Below are positions 55,853-63,938 of a stretch of DNA of 64,000 nt, piece by piece; within the stretch, counting starts at the first letter, position 1; every line of letters begins with the position of its first letter. Under the pieces are notes generated by a model. It was not told where the DNA came from, did not search any database, and was given only the letters and a program-made list of their open reading frames with translations. Both the position numbers and the translations under genes were made by a program. The DNA is from Dehalococcoidia bacterium. Its GTDB lineage: Bacteria; Chloroflexota; Dehalococcoidia; Lucifugimonadales; Australimonadaceae. The DNA is taken from positions 135,653 to 199,652 of the forward strand of contig CBDFHJ010000008.1 of assembly GCA_965247635.1 (NCBI GenBank), written 5' to 3'.

Positions 55853-56283
55853 CCGCTCGTCTCCCCGTCTTCGGCCATCTGAGACGCGGCTTCCTCGATG
55901 CACGGGAGCTCTTGCTCCTCCCATCGGCGCCGGTCCCACAGACCCAGAAAGCTGCCACCGCCGATGATGACCGCTTCCTCGGCAAGGCCCGCGTACCGTC
56001 GGAGCGGCGGCGGTACCAGCACTCGGCCCTGACGGTCTAGGCCCAGGTCGTAGGCGCTACCCAAGACCAGCTCCCGCAGCACCCTGGCCCGGCGCTGGTT
56101 CAGGGGCATGGCCCCCACGGCCCCAGCCCACTCCTCCCAACCCTGAGGCGAGAAGACCCACACGCAAGGGTCCAACCCCTTGCTGAGGTAGATGCCGTGC
56201 CTGAACTCCTCCCTGTACCGGGCCGGAATCGCCACGCGGCCTTGGGCGTCTATGCGATGCTGGTGTTCTCCGAGAAATTGCAT
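55849..56283 (-). CDS. mraZ: transcriptional regulator MraZ
   Basis: From ATG 56283: MQFLGEHQHRIDAQGRVAIPARYREEF.. and the second half ..LDRQGRVLVPPPLRRYAGL.., the duplicated SpoVT/AbrB-like (D)xxxR motifs of MraZ. Confidence 0.85.
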   Translation of the reverse strand: MQFLGEHQHRIDAQGRVAIPARYREEFRHGIYLSKGLDPCVWVFSPQGWEEWAGAVGAMPLNQRRARVLRELVLGSAYDLGLDRQGRVLVPPPLRRYAGLAEEAVIIGGGSFLGLWDRRRWEEQELPCIEEAASQMAEDGETSG

Positions 56284-56362
56284 TGACCACTTATTACCGG
56301 AACGAGCGCTCCCCAACAACTCCTATATAATGGTAGGAAAGGCGCCTAAATTTGAGGTAGTC

Positions 56363-56377
56363 CCCCAAATTTCCCCA
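56363..56377 (-). promoter_or_regulatory. candidate MraZ operator: two TGGGG boxes at 10-bp periodicity
   Basis: On the mraZ strand: TGGGG-AAATT-TGGGG (plus-strand CCCCA at 56363-56367 and 56373-56377), 80-94 nt upstream of the mraZ ATG. It resembles the TGGGN direct repeats with 5-nt spacers described for E. coli MraZ, but only two boxes are present. Confidence 0.35.
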
Positions 56378-56823
56378 GACAATAGTATGCAGACCTGGAA
56401 ATTACAACCCCCTTTCCTGGCGACTTCTCGACCGGTTTTTGTGGGCGTGATTGGGTTGCCGTAATGGCCTATTTTCTCTTTGGCTACTAGAGATAGTAGC
56501 GAGCCCATGCGTTCGCACAACTTGCGGTGTGAACGATGAATAACACTGTATGGACCGGCTAGCGCGTTCACTGGATCCGGGGTTTCCAGTCCGTGGGGAA
56601 ACCGCCGTAGAATGGCGTACCTCCAGCGCTCTGATTTCAGGCCGTGCGTACACTCTCGCTACCTCCTTGATGGGTGCGCGGACCTCCCTTGGAGGCCGGT
56701 TTTCCTGGTTGGTGCCGTTACCTATACCCTGAAGGGCAACGCAATGGCCGTTCCCGCTTGGCCAGGCCGTGCACGGATGCTATACTTATCGCGCTGAACC
56801 GTGCGGCAGAGAGAATTTTCAGC

Positions 56824-57471
56824 GTGCAGTGCGTGCCAGATACCCCATCGAACCGTCGCGCCGCCGGCGCGCTGTTGCGCCGTGGTGGTCTGGTGGCGTA
56901 CCCCACCGACACCTTGTACGGTTTGGGGGCGTCAGTAGCGGACCCGGAGGCCGTGTCGCGCGTCTTCGCCGCCAAGGGCCGCGCATCGACACAAGCACTC
57001 CCCGTACTGGTGGCATCCTTCGAACAGCTTGACCAGGTGTGCGCGGAAGTCGGCCTCTTGGCCAAGGAGCTAGCGGGCCGTTTTTGGCCTGGCGCCCTGA
57101 GCCTGGTACTGCGTAGGCACGCCTCCGTGCCCGCGGCGATCGGTGGCGGAGGTGACACCGTCGCGGTGCGCCTGCCGCGCCACCCCGCGCCCTTGGCGCT
57201 CATCGCTGAGTGCGGGACGCCCATCACCGGCACCAGCGCCAACTTGAGCGGTGGGCCGCAACCGGACACCGCGTTCGAGGTGGTGCGTCAACTGGGCGAC
57301 GCCGTGGACATGGTGCTGGACGGTGGACCGTGCCCCGTGGCGGCGCCGTCCACGATTCTCGACCTGACCACCAACCCAGCGAGACTCCTGCGGGCGGGGG
57401 CCGTCTCGATCGACGAACTGAGGGAGGTCTGCGCGGTGACACCGCTCCCGAACGGCGTCCCGCCGGTGTAA
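56824..57471 (+). CDS. tsaC: L-threonylcarbamoyladenylate synthase (YrdC/TsaC type)
   Basis: ..AAGALLRRGGLVAYPTDTLYGLGA...D..AV.RVF..KGR....ALPVLV.S..QL.., ..FWPGALSLVL.., ..VAVRLP.HP....L......P.TGTSANLSG.P... I prefer GTG 56824 (215 aa, typical size) over GTG 56674, whose extra 50 aa look non-coding. Confidence 0.8.
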   Translation: MQCVPDTPSNRRAAGALLRRGGLVAYPTDTLYGLGASVADPEAVSRVFAAKGRASTQALPVLVASFEQLDQVCAEVGLLAKELAGRFWPGALSLVLRRHASVPAAIGGGGDTVAVRLPRHPAPLALIAECGTPITGTSANLSGGPQPDTAFEVVRQLGDAVDMVLDGGPCPVAAPSTILDLTTNPARLLRAGAVSIDELREVCAVTPLPNGVPPV

Positions 57472-57509
57472 CATCGGGTGCGCACAATCCCTGAGCACAA
57501 GAGGTATGG

Positions 57510-58544
57510 GTGGAGTTTCCAGAGGTCCTGCAGCTACACCAGTCGGCCGTGGACCAAGCCCTTCATGAGGTGACGTCGGGCCCGGCCGCCCAGGGGCTAC
57601 CCCTGTACCGGATGATGGAGTACCAGCTCGGTTGGGTAGACCAGGAGGGTTCACCCGAGCCTTACCCGCCTTCACCCCGGCTGTACGGCGCGCTCTGCCT
57701 GGAGGCGGCGCGGGCCGGGGATAGGCCGGAGCTGGCGCAATCCGCCGCCGCCGCGGTGGAGCTGCTTCACCACTCGTTCATGGTCCACGAGGATATGCAG
57801 ATTGCCGATCCCCATCCTCACGATAGGGCCTCGGTGTGGTGGGTCTGGGGACCGGCTCAGGCCATCAACGTAGGGGACGGCCTGCACGCCATGAGCCGGC
57901 TGGCCGTGCTCGGTCTGGAGGCCAAAGGCCTGACTCCCGAGCAGACCCTGGCCACCACCCGGACGCTGGATAACGCGGCCTTGCGCTTCTATGAGGGCCA
58001 GTACATGGAGCTGGCGTTTCAGGAGCGCATCGACGTGACGGAGGCCCAATACATGCGCGTTGCGGAGACCAAGTACGGTGCGCTGACAGGGGCGGCCATG
58101 GCTTTGGGCGCGGGGGCCGCGGGCGCGGGCCACGACACGGTGCAGGCCCTCCAACTGAGCGGCCAACGCCTCGGCTTAGCGGCCCAGATCGCCGACGACA
58201 TAGCCCAGGTCTGGGACACGTCAGGCGCGCAAGGCGCTACTCCCCGCGTCCTCAACAAGAGTAAGCTTTTCCCGGTGGTCTACGCCCTGGAGCAAGCTAC
58301 CCTATCGCAAAAGCGCGCTCTGGGTGAAGCCTATTTCAAAAGGGTCATGGAGGCGGAGGACGCCCAGCGGGTGCGAGGGGTGCTGGAGGAAGTGGGCGCC
58401 AGACAGTACGCGAAGGAGAAGGCCCACGCCATCGCCCAAGAGGTGCTTGACCTCTTGCAGACGGCGGGCCTAGACGCCGAGGCCTATCAGCGCTGGTCCA
58501 AGGTCGTGGAGTTCCTGGTGGAGAATCGATTAACCGATGGTTAA
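57510..58544 (+). CDS. polyprenyl synthetase-family paralog with degenerate Asp-rich motifs
   Basis: Clear paralog of 47981..49036 (..YQLGW..G......P.......LC.......G........A.A.EL.H..S..H.D.Q..D...). The first motif reads VHEDMQIADPHPHDRAS instead of IHDDIQDRDATRRGRAT. The second reads QIADDIAQVWD. GTG start; 8-nt overlap with pgk. Confidence 0.7.
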   Translation: MEFPEVLQLHQSAVDQALHEVTSGPAAQGLPLYRMMEYQLGWVDQEGSPEPYPPSPRLYGALCLEAARAGDRPELAQSAAAAVELLHHSFMVHEDMQIADPHPHDRASVWWVWGPAQAINVGDGLHAMSRLAVLGLEAKGLTPEQTLATTRTLDNAALRFYEGQYMELAFQERIDVTEAQYMRVAETKYGALTGAAMALGAGAAGAGHDTVQALQLSGQRLGLAAQIADDIAQVWDTSGAQGATPRVLNKSKLFPVVYALEQATLSQKRALGEAYFKRVMEAEDAQRVRGVLEEVGARQYAKEKAHAIAQEVLDLLQTAGLDAEAYQRWSKVVEFLVENRLTDG

Positions 58545-59724
58545 GAAGACCGTCAAGGATGTCCAATGGGCCGGGAAGCGGGCATTGGTCCGCGTAGACC
58601 TTAACCTTCCCTTCCAACCTGGCACCACCACCATCTCCGACGACACACGCATTAGGGCCGTGCTTCCGACGGTGCAACACCTGCGAGAGCAAGGCGCTGG
58701 CCTGGTGCTCTGCACCCACCTGGGCAGGCCGAGCGGCGAGCCGGCGCCAGACCTGGAGCTCGGGCCGGTGGCCGAACGCCTGTCGGAGCTGACAGGGGCC
58801 CCCGTGCAGTACGTGCACGACGCGGTAGGCGAGCTGGCCCGCACCCAGGCCGAGGCGCTGGGTCCGGGCGATATCTTGCTCTTGGAGAACGTCCGCTTCT
58901 ATCCCGGCGAGGAGGCCAATGACCCGGAGTTCGCGCGGGCCCTGGCCTCGTTGGCCCACGTCTATGTGAACGACGCCTTCGGCGCCGCACACCGGGCCCA
59001 CGCCTCTACGGAGGGCGTGGCCCACTACCTTCCGGCGGTGGCTGGCCTGTTGATGGAACGGGAGACCACCATGCTGGGGCGGGCGCTTGAGGCGCCTCGA
59101 CGGCCATTGGCCGCCGTCCTGGGCGGCGCGAAGGTGAGCGACAAGATCGGCGTTTTGGAACGGCTCGTGGACCAGGCCGACGATATCTTTATCGGCGGCG
59201 GCATGGCGGCTACCTTCCTCAGAGCCAAAGGCCACGACGTAGGCAGCTCCTTGGTCGAAGAGGACCGCATAGCCCTCTGCGGTGATATTATGAGACGGGC
59301 GGGCCAAAGAGGCGCCGCCCTTCACCTGCCCACCGACGTGGTGGTTGCGGAACGGTTGGAACAGGGCGCACGCTCCAAGACCGTGCCGGCGGACCAGATA
59401 CCCGGCGGCTGGACCATCGCGGATATCGGTCCGCGGACCGTTGCCGGCTTCATCCGCGAGCTGGGCCGGGCCAAAACGGTGGTCTGGAACGGGCCCGTGG
59501 GTGTGTTCGAAGTGCCGCCCTTCGACCGCGGGACCCGGGCCCTGGCCGAGGCCCTGGCCGGCAGTGACGCCGTGACCGTCATCGGTGGCGGCTCGACGGC
59601 CGAAGCGGTGGTCCACCTCGGCCTGGCGGAGCGGATGTCCCACGTCTCTACCGGAGGCGGCGCGTCCTTGGAGTTTCTACAGGGCAACGTACTGCCCGGA
59701 CTGGCAGCGCTGGAGGACCGGTAG
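58537..59724 (+). CDS. pgk: phosphoglycerate kinase
   Basis: ..KRALVRVDLN.P........I.DDTRIRA.LPT...L...GA.LVL..HLGRP.G.., ..LLEN.RF...EE.ND.EFA..LA.L...YVNDAFG.AHRAHAST.G.., ..GGG....F.., ..STGGGASLEFL.G..LPG..AL.. Confidence 0.95.
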   Translation: MVKKTVKDVQWAGKRALVRVDLNLPFQPGTTTISDDTRIRAVLPTVQHLREQGAGLVLCTHLGRPSGEPAPDLELGPVAERLSELTGAPVQYVHDAVGELARTQAEALGPGDILLLENVRFYPGEEANDPEFARALASLAHVYVNDAFGAAHRAHASTEGVAHYLPAVAGLLMERETTMLGRALEAPRRPLAAVLGGAKVSDKIGVLERLVDQADDIFIGGGMAATFLRAKGHDVGSSLVEEDRIALCGDIMRRAGQRGAALHLPTDVVVAERLEQGARSKTVPADQIPGGWTIADIGPRTVAGFIRELGRAKTVVWNGPVGVFEVPPFDRGTRALAEALAGSDAVTVIGGGSTAEAVVHLGLAERMSHVSTGGGASLEFLQGNVLPGLAALEDR

Positions 59725-59729
59725 CGGCG

Positions 59730-60953
59730 TTGGCCGAACGAGGAGCGATGATCGATTTCCCCTACTTGGCGGAGCTAGTCCAGAAGACGGACTCCAAGAT
59801 CCTCATGCTGGTCGCCGACGGCCTCGGAGGGTCGCCCGACCCCCTGCGCCGGCGCACGGAGCTGGAGGGTGCGCAGGTCGTTCATCTGGACCGTCTGGCG
59901 CAAAACAGCGCTGTCGGCCTTACCATTCCCGTGGCCCGGGGTATCACTCCGGGCAGTGGACCGGGACACCTGGCCCTCTTCGGTTACGACCCCCTTAAGT
60001 ACGTCGTCGGCCGGGGTGTTGTGGAGGCCATGGGCATCGAGATGGAGCTTAAGCCTGGCGACGTGGCGGCCAGAGGCAACTTCGCCACCGTCGACAAGGA
60101 CGGACTGCTGGTGGACCGGCGCGCCGGCCGGATCGAATCGGAGGCGGCCATACCCCTGGTCGAGAAGCTCAACGAGATATCCGTGGACTCGGTGGAGACG
60201 CTGGTGGCCCACGTCAAGGAGCACCGGCTCGTGCTCAGGCTCCGAGGGGAGGGGCTCAGCGATGCGCTTACAGAGGGCGACCCCCAAAGGACGGGCGTGC
60301 CCCCCCTGGCGATGAAGCCTCGCACCAAGGCGGCACAGCGCATGGCCAAGCTGGCCAACGCCTTCGTGGAGAAGGCGGCCCAGGCGCTCGAAGGCGACTC
60401 TCAGGCCAACGCCGTACTCCTGCGGGGCTGGTCGTCGTTGCCGGCCATTCCCTCCGCGGCCGCGGCCTACTCTCTCAACCCAGCCGCCATCGCCGCGTAC
60501 CCCATGTACCGGGGCCTGGCCCGCTTGACGGGCATGCAGGTGCTCTCCACCGGTGCCACTTTCGACGACGAGCTTGAGACACTCCGCCAGCACTATGATG
60601 AACATGACTTCTTTTACATTCATTACAAACCGACGGATACCGCGGGGGAGGACGGCGACTTCGATGCCAAGAAGCGGGCACTGGAGGCGTTGGACGAGCA
60701 CATTCCGGCGCTGATGGACCTGAAGCCAGACGTGTTCATCGTAGCCGGCGACCACGCAACGCCCAGCGCCATGGGCGCCCACTCCTGGCACTCGGTGCCT
60801 TTCCTTCTACACTCCAAGTACACCCTGGGCGAAGGGGTGAACCGGTTTAACGAGCGCGACTTGCGCTACGGCTCTTTGGGCACCTTTGAGGCCAAGAACG
60901 TCATGGCCCTGGCCCTGGCCCACGCCGACAAGCTTCTTAAGTTCGGTGCGTGA
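59730..60953 (+). CDS. apgM: 2,3-bisphosphoglycerate-independent phosphoglycerate mutase, archaeal-type (ApgM family)
   Basis: ..KILMLVADGLGG.P......T.LE.A....LD.LA.....G......GI.PGSG.GHLALFGYDP.., ..FFYIH.K.TD..GEDGDF..K...LE..D..I..L......V..V.GDH.TPS....HSW..VP.L.. are metalloenzyme-superfamily iPGM (archaeal type) blocks. Confidence 0.85.
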   Translation: MAERGAMIDFPYLAELVQKTDSKILMLVADGLGGSPDPLRRRTELEGAQVVHLDRLAQNSAVGLTIPVARGITPGSGPGHLALFGYDPLKYVVGRGVVEAMGIEMELKPGDVAARGNFATVDKDGLLVDRRAGRIESEAAIPLVEKLNEISVDSVETLVAHVKEHRLVLRLRGEGLSDALTEGDPQRTGVPPLAMKPRTKAAQRMAKLANAFVEKAAQALEGDSQANAVLLRGWSSLPAIPSAAAAYSLNPAAIAAYPMYRGLARLTGMQVLSTGATFDDELETLRQHYDEHDFFYIHYKPTDTAGEDGDFDAKKRALEALDEHIPALMDLKPDVFIVAGDHATPSAMGAHSWHSVPFLLHSKYTLGEGVNRFNERDLRYGSLGTFEAKNVMALALAHADKLLKFGA

Positions 60954-60982
60954 CCCCCTGAGGCATTCTCGCCCCTCCCTCT

Positions 60983-61023
60983 GTCATTCCGAAGGAGCGA
61001 AGCAACTGAGGAGTCTCGTTCAG
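60983..61023 (+). repeat. intergenic repeat, copy a (upstream of tpiA)
   Basis: GTCATTCCGAAGGAGCGAAGCAACTGAGGAGTCTCGTTCAG matches 61860-61900 at 37/41 positions, same orientation. Weaker similarity continues for about 20 nt. Confidence 0.8.
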
Positions 61024-61067
61024 AGTAAACTCCGCCAAGACTCTCTCGATATCGCCTCCTAGGTAAC

Positions 61068-61847
61068 GTGATGGCCACCCCTTTTGTTGCTGGCAACTGG
61101 AAGATGCACACCACCCTGGACGAGGCCGTGGCCCTGGCCCAGGAGATGCGGGAGCCGCTATCGGCCCTGCGCGACGTTACCAGGGTCGTCTGCCCACCCT
61201 TCGTCTCCCTGGCGGCGGTGACCAACGCCCTGGCCGGGAGTCCCATCGCCGTGGGCGCCCAGGACCTGCACCCGGCGCCACAGGGCGCCTTTACCGGCGA
61301 GGTGTCCGGCGCCATGCTGCGGGGCCTGTGCCAGTACGTGATCGTCGGCCACTCGGAGCGCCGCCACCTCTTCGGCGAGAGCGACGACCTGGTAGGCAGA
61401 AAGGTGACCGCCGCCCTGGACGTGGGACTGACGCCCATCCTCTGCGTCGGCGAGACCTTGGAGGAGCGGGACGCCGGCCAGGCTACGGAGGTGGTCATCC
61501 GCCAGTTGCAGACGGCGTTACGAGGCCTGAAGACCGACGCCATATCCGCTTTTGCCGTCGCCTACGAGCCGGTCTGGGCCATCGGCACGGGCCGTCCGGC
61601 TACCGGTGAGCTGGCCCAGGAGATGATGGGCGTGGTTCGGGACGTTCTGACCGAGCTGGCGGGCCCAGGCGCGGCTACCTTGGTGCCGCTGCTCTACGGG
61701 GGCAGCGTTACCGCTGGCAACATCCGCGAGTTCGCCGCGCAGCGCGACGTGGACGGTGCGCTGGTGGGTGGCGCCAGCCTCCGGGCCGGCGAGTTCGTGG
61801 CCATCGCCAAGGCCATTGCCGAGACGCGCGGCCCTGGGCCACCCTGA
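61068..61847 (+). CDS. tpiA: triosephosphate isomerase
   Basis: ..PFVAGNWKMH.., ..AQD.......GAFTGE.S..ML...G...VIVGHSERR.., ..CVGE.LEERD.G.., ..AYEPVWAIGTG..A.., ..LYGGSV... Start at GTG 61068 or ATG 61071. Confidence 0.95.
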   Translation: MMATPFVAGNWKMHTTLDEAVALAQEMREPLSALRDVTRVVCPPFVSLAAVTNALAGSPIAVGAQDLHPAPQGAFTGEVSGAMLRGLCQYVIVGHSERRHLFGESDDLVGRKVTAALDVGLTPILCVGETLEERDAGQATEVVIRQLQTALRGLKTDAISAFAVAYEPVWAIGTGRPATGELAQEMMGVVRDVLTELAGPGAATLVPLLYGGSVTAGNIREFAAQRDVDGALVGGASLRAGEFVAIAKAIAETRGPGPP

Positions 61848-61859
61848 GCCCTTCACTTT

Positions 61860-62054
61860 GTCATTCCGAAGAAGCGAAGCGACTGAGGAATCTGGTTCAG
61901 GATCAACTCGGTCAAGAACCTCACCCCCTCCCGAAGGAAAAGTCGAGATTCCTCGTCCACCTGAGGCGGGCTCTCCGATACGCCCCGATACCATCGGGGC
62001 TATCGAGAGCCTCGATGAGTCCCGACAAGTCGGGACATCATCGGACGGAATGAC
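61860..62054 (+). repeat. MITE-like element between tpiA and miaA (copy b of the GTCATTCCGAAG repeat plus nested hairpins, short terminal inverted repeat)
   Basis: Starts GTCATTCCG (61860-61868) and ends CGGAATGAC (62046-62054), which is repeated at 62066-62074 over the miaA ATG. Internal hairpins: CTCTCCGATA-CG-CCCCGAT-ACC-ATCGGGG-C-TATCGAGAG (61971-62009), and CGATGA-GTCCCGACAAGTCGGGAC-ATCATCG with its core at 62019-62036. Confidence 0.6.
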
Positions 62055-62069
62055 ATAGGCTAAGTCGGA

Positions 62070-63023
62070 ATGACAAGTACGAAACCGCCAGTCGTCTTCA
62101 TCGTCGGCCCCACGGCGTCAGGCAAGACGGCGGCCGCGCTGGCCGTGGCCCAGCGTTACCCCGTGGAGATTATCAACGCCGACTCCCGCCAGGTGTACCG
62201 GGGCATGGACATCGGCACGGCCAAGCCGTCCCGAGAGGACCTGGTCAGCGTGCCGCACCACCTCATCGACGTGGCCGACCCCGACGAGCCGTACAGCCTG
62301 GCGCTTTTCCTTGGCCAGGCCCGGAGCGCGATCGACGGCGTGCTGGCTCGGGGCAAAGTCCCGCTCGTCGTCGGGGGCACCGGCCAGTACGCCTGGGGCC
62401 TCGTCGAAGGGTGGCAGGTCCCCCAGGTCCCGCCGCAACGCGAGCTCCGTGCCCGGCTGGACCGAGAGGCCCAGGAGAAGGGCGCCGACGTGCTGTACCG
62501 GCGGCTCCAGCGCATCGATGCCGCCGCCGCCAAGCGTATCGACCCGCGGAACGTTCGGCGGCTGGTCCGTGCCCTGGAGGTATGGGAGGTCACCGGCCAC
62601 CGATTCTCTGCGCAACGCCTCCAGGTCCCGCCGCCCTTCATCCCACACGTCTTCGGCATCTGGGTGCCACGGGAGGAACTGGACCGCCGCATCAACGCGC
62701 GGGTGGACGCCATGGTAGACGCCGGTTGGGTGGACGAGGTGCGCCGCTTGCTCAACGCGGGATACGCCCCCGACCTGCCGTCCTTCTCCAGCGCGGGCTA
62801 CCGGGAGCTAGCGTCGTGCGTCGCGGGGGGGCTGGAGCGAGAGGAAGCGCTCGACCTCACCAAGGCTGCGGTACGACGGCTGGCGCGCCGCCAAGGCGCT
62901 TGGTTTCGGCGGGACGACCCGCGCATCGACTGGCTTAGCGGGGCAGGGGAGTTGGCCGACGCCGTGGGCCGTCTGCGCGGCGTTCCTATGGTACAATCCG
63001 CCTCGAAACGAACGGGAACGTAG
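62070..63023 (+). CDS. miaA: tRNA dimethylallyltransferase
   Basis: ..VVFIVGPTASGKTAAALA.A......EIINADS.QVYRGMDIGTAKP......VPHHLIDV..P.E.YS...F.., ..P..VGGTG.Y... 317 aa. Confidence 0.9.
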   Translation: MTSTKPPVVFIVGPTASGKTAAALAVAQRYPVEIINADSRQVYRGMDIGTAKPSREDLVSVPHHLIDVADPDEPYSLALFLGQARSAIDGVLARGKVPLVVGGTGQYAWGLVEGWQVPQVPPQRELRARLDREAQEKGADVLYRRLQRIDAAAAKRIDPRNVRRLVRALEVWEVTGHRFSAQRLQVPPPFIPHVFGIWVPREELDRRINARVDAMVDAGWVDEVRRLLNAGYAPDLPSFSSAGYRELASCVAGGLEREEALDLTKAAVRRLARRQGAWFRRDDPRIDWLSGAGELADAVGRLRGVPMVQSASKRTGT

Positions 63024-63029
63024 CGCACA

Positions 63030-63938
63030 ATGGCCATCCAATTCACGAAACTTCATGGCACGGGTAACGACTTCCTGGTGGTGGATGGAAGCACCGAGGA
63101 GCTGGACTGGTCATCGCTGGCGTGCCGGCTGTTGGACCGCCACTGCGGCGTGGGCGCCGATGGCCTGTTGGTCGTCGCGCCTTCGGCCAAGGCGGCGATA
63201 CGCATGCGCGAGTTCAACCCCGATGGCTCCGAGGCTGAAATGTCCGGCAACGGCATTCGTTGCTTCGCCAAGTACGTCCTGGAACGCCGAATCGCTCCGC
63301 CGGATGGGGCGATTCTCAAGGTAGAGACTGGCGCCGGCGTGCTCACCGTGGAGCCCCACTGGGAGGATGGTCGTGTTATCCGGGCGAGGGTGTCCATGGG
63401 CGAACCGGTGCTGCGCTGGGCCGATGTCCCCGTCGACCCCCGCCAGGCGGGCCCGCGAGACGACCGGCTGCTGGACCGAGAGTTGGCCGAGCGCCTGGGC
63501 ATCGCCAGCGAGGAGCTGTTCTTCGACGGCAGGCTGACGGTGGACGGCGAAGACGTGACGGTCACCGCGGTCTCCATGGGCAACCCCCACGCCGTCCGCT
63601 TTGTCGAAAGGCCCGTGTCCAATCACGCGCTGGATACCATCGGTCCGAAGGTTGAGCACCATCCCGCTTTTCCCCGCCGGGCCAACTACCACGCGGTGAA
63701 CGTGCTGGGGCGCGACCGGCTGGCGGTCACGACGTGGGAGCGTGGGACAGGGCAGACGCTGGCCTGCGGGACCGGGGCCTGCGCGGCGGTCGTGACCGCT
63801 CGGCTGCACGGCTACGTGGACGATGCCGTTGTCGTGCAAGTGCCGGGGGGTGAGCTTGCCATTACCTGGCCTGGCCATGGCCCCGTCGTGCTGGATGGCC
63901 CGGTCGCCGAGGTCTTCTCAGGTGAGTGGGCGGGGTAG
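63030..63938 (+). CDS. dapF: diaminopimelate epimerase
   Basis: MAIQFTKLHGTGNDFLVVD.., first catalytic Cys NPDGSEAEMSGNGIRCFA, ..SMGNPHAV.FV.., and second catalytic Cys WERGTGQTLACGTGACAA. Confidence 0.9.
   Translation: MAIQFTKLHGTGNDFLVVDGSTEELDWSSLACRLLDRHCGVGADGLLVVAPSAKAAIRMREFNPDGSEAEMSGNGIRCFAKYVLERRIAPPDGAILKVETGAGVLTVEPHWEDGRVIRARVSMGEPVLRWADVPVDPRQAGPRDDRLLDRELAERLGIASEELFFDGRLTVDGEDVTVTAVSMGNPHAVRFVERPVSNHALDTIGPKVEHHPAFPRRANYHAVNVLGRDRLAVTTWERGTGQTLACGTGACAAVVTARLHGYVDDAVVVQVPGGELAITWPGHGPVVLDGPVAEVFSGEWAG

Noticed and set aside
56674-56823. N-terminal 50-aa extension of tsaC given by the ORF track
   Set aside because: The extension (MRGPPLEAGFPGWCRYLYPEGQRNGRSRLARP..) is not protein-like and overlaps strong RNA hairpins. 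The YrdC domain begins just after GTG 56824, which gives a typical ~215-aa protein.
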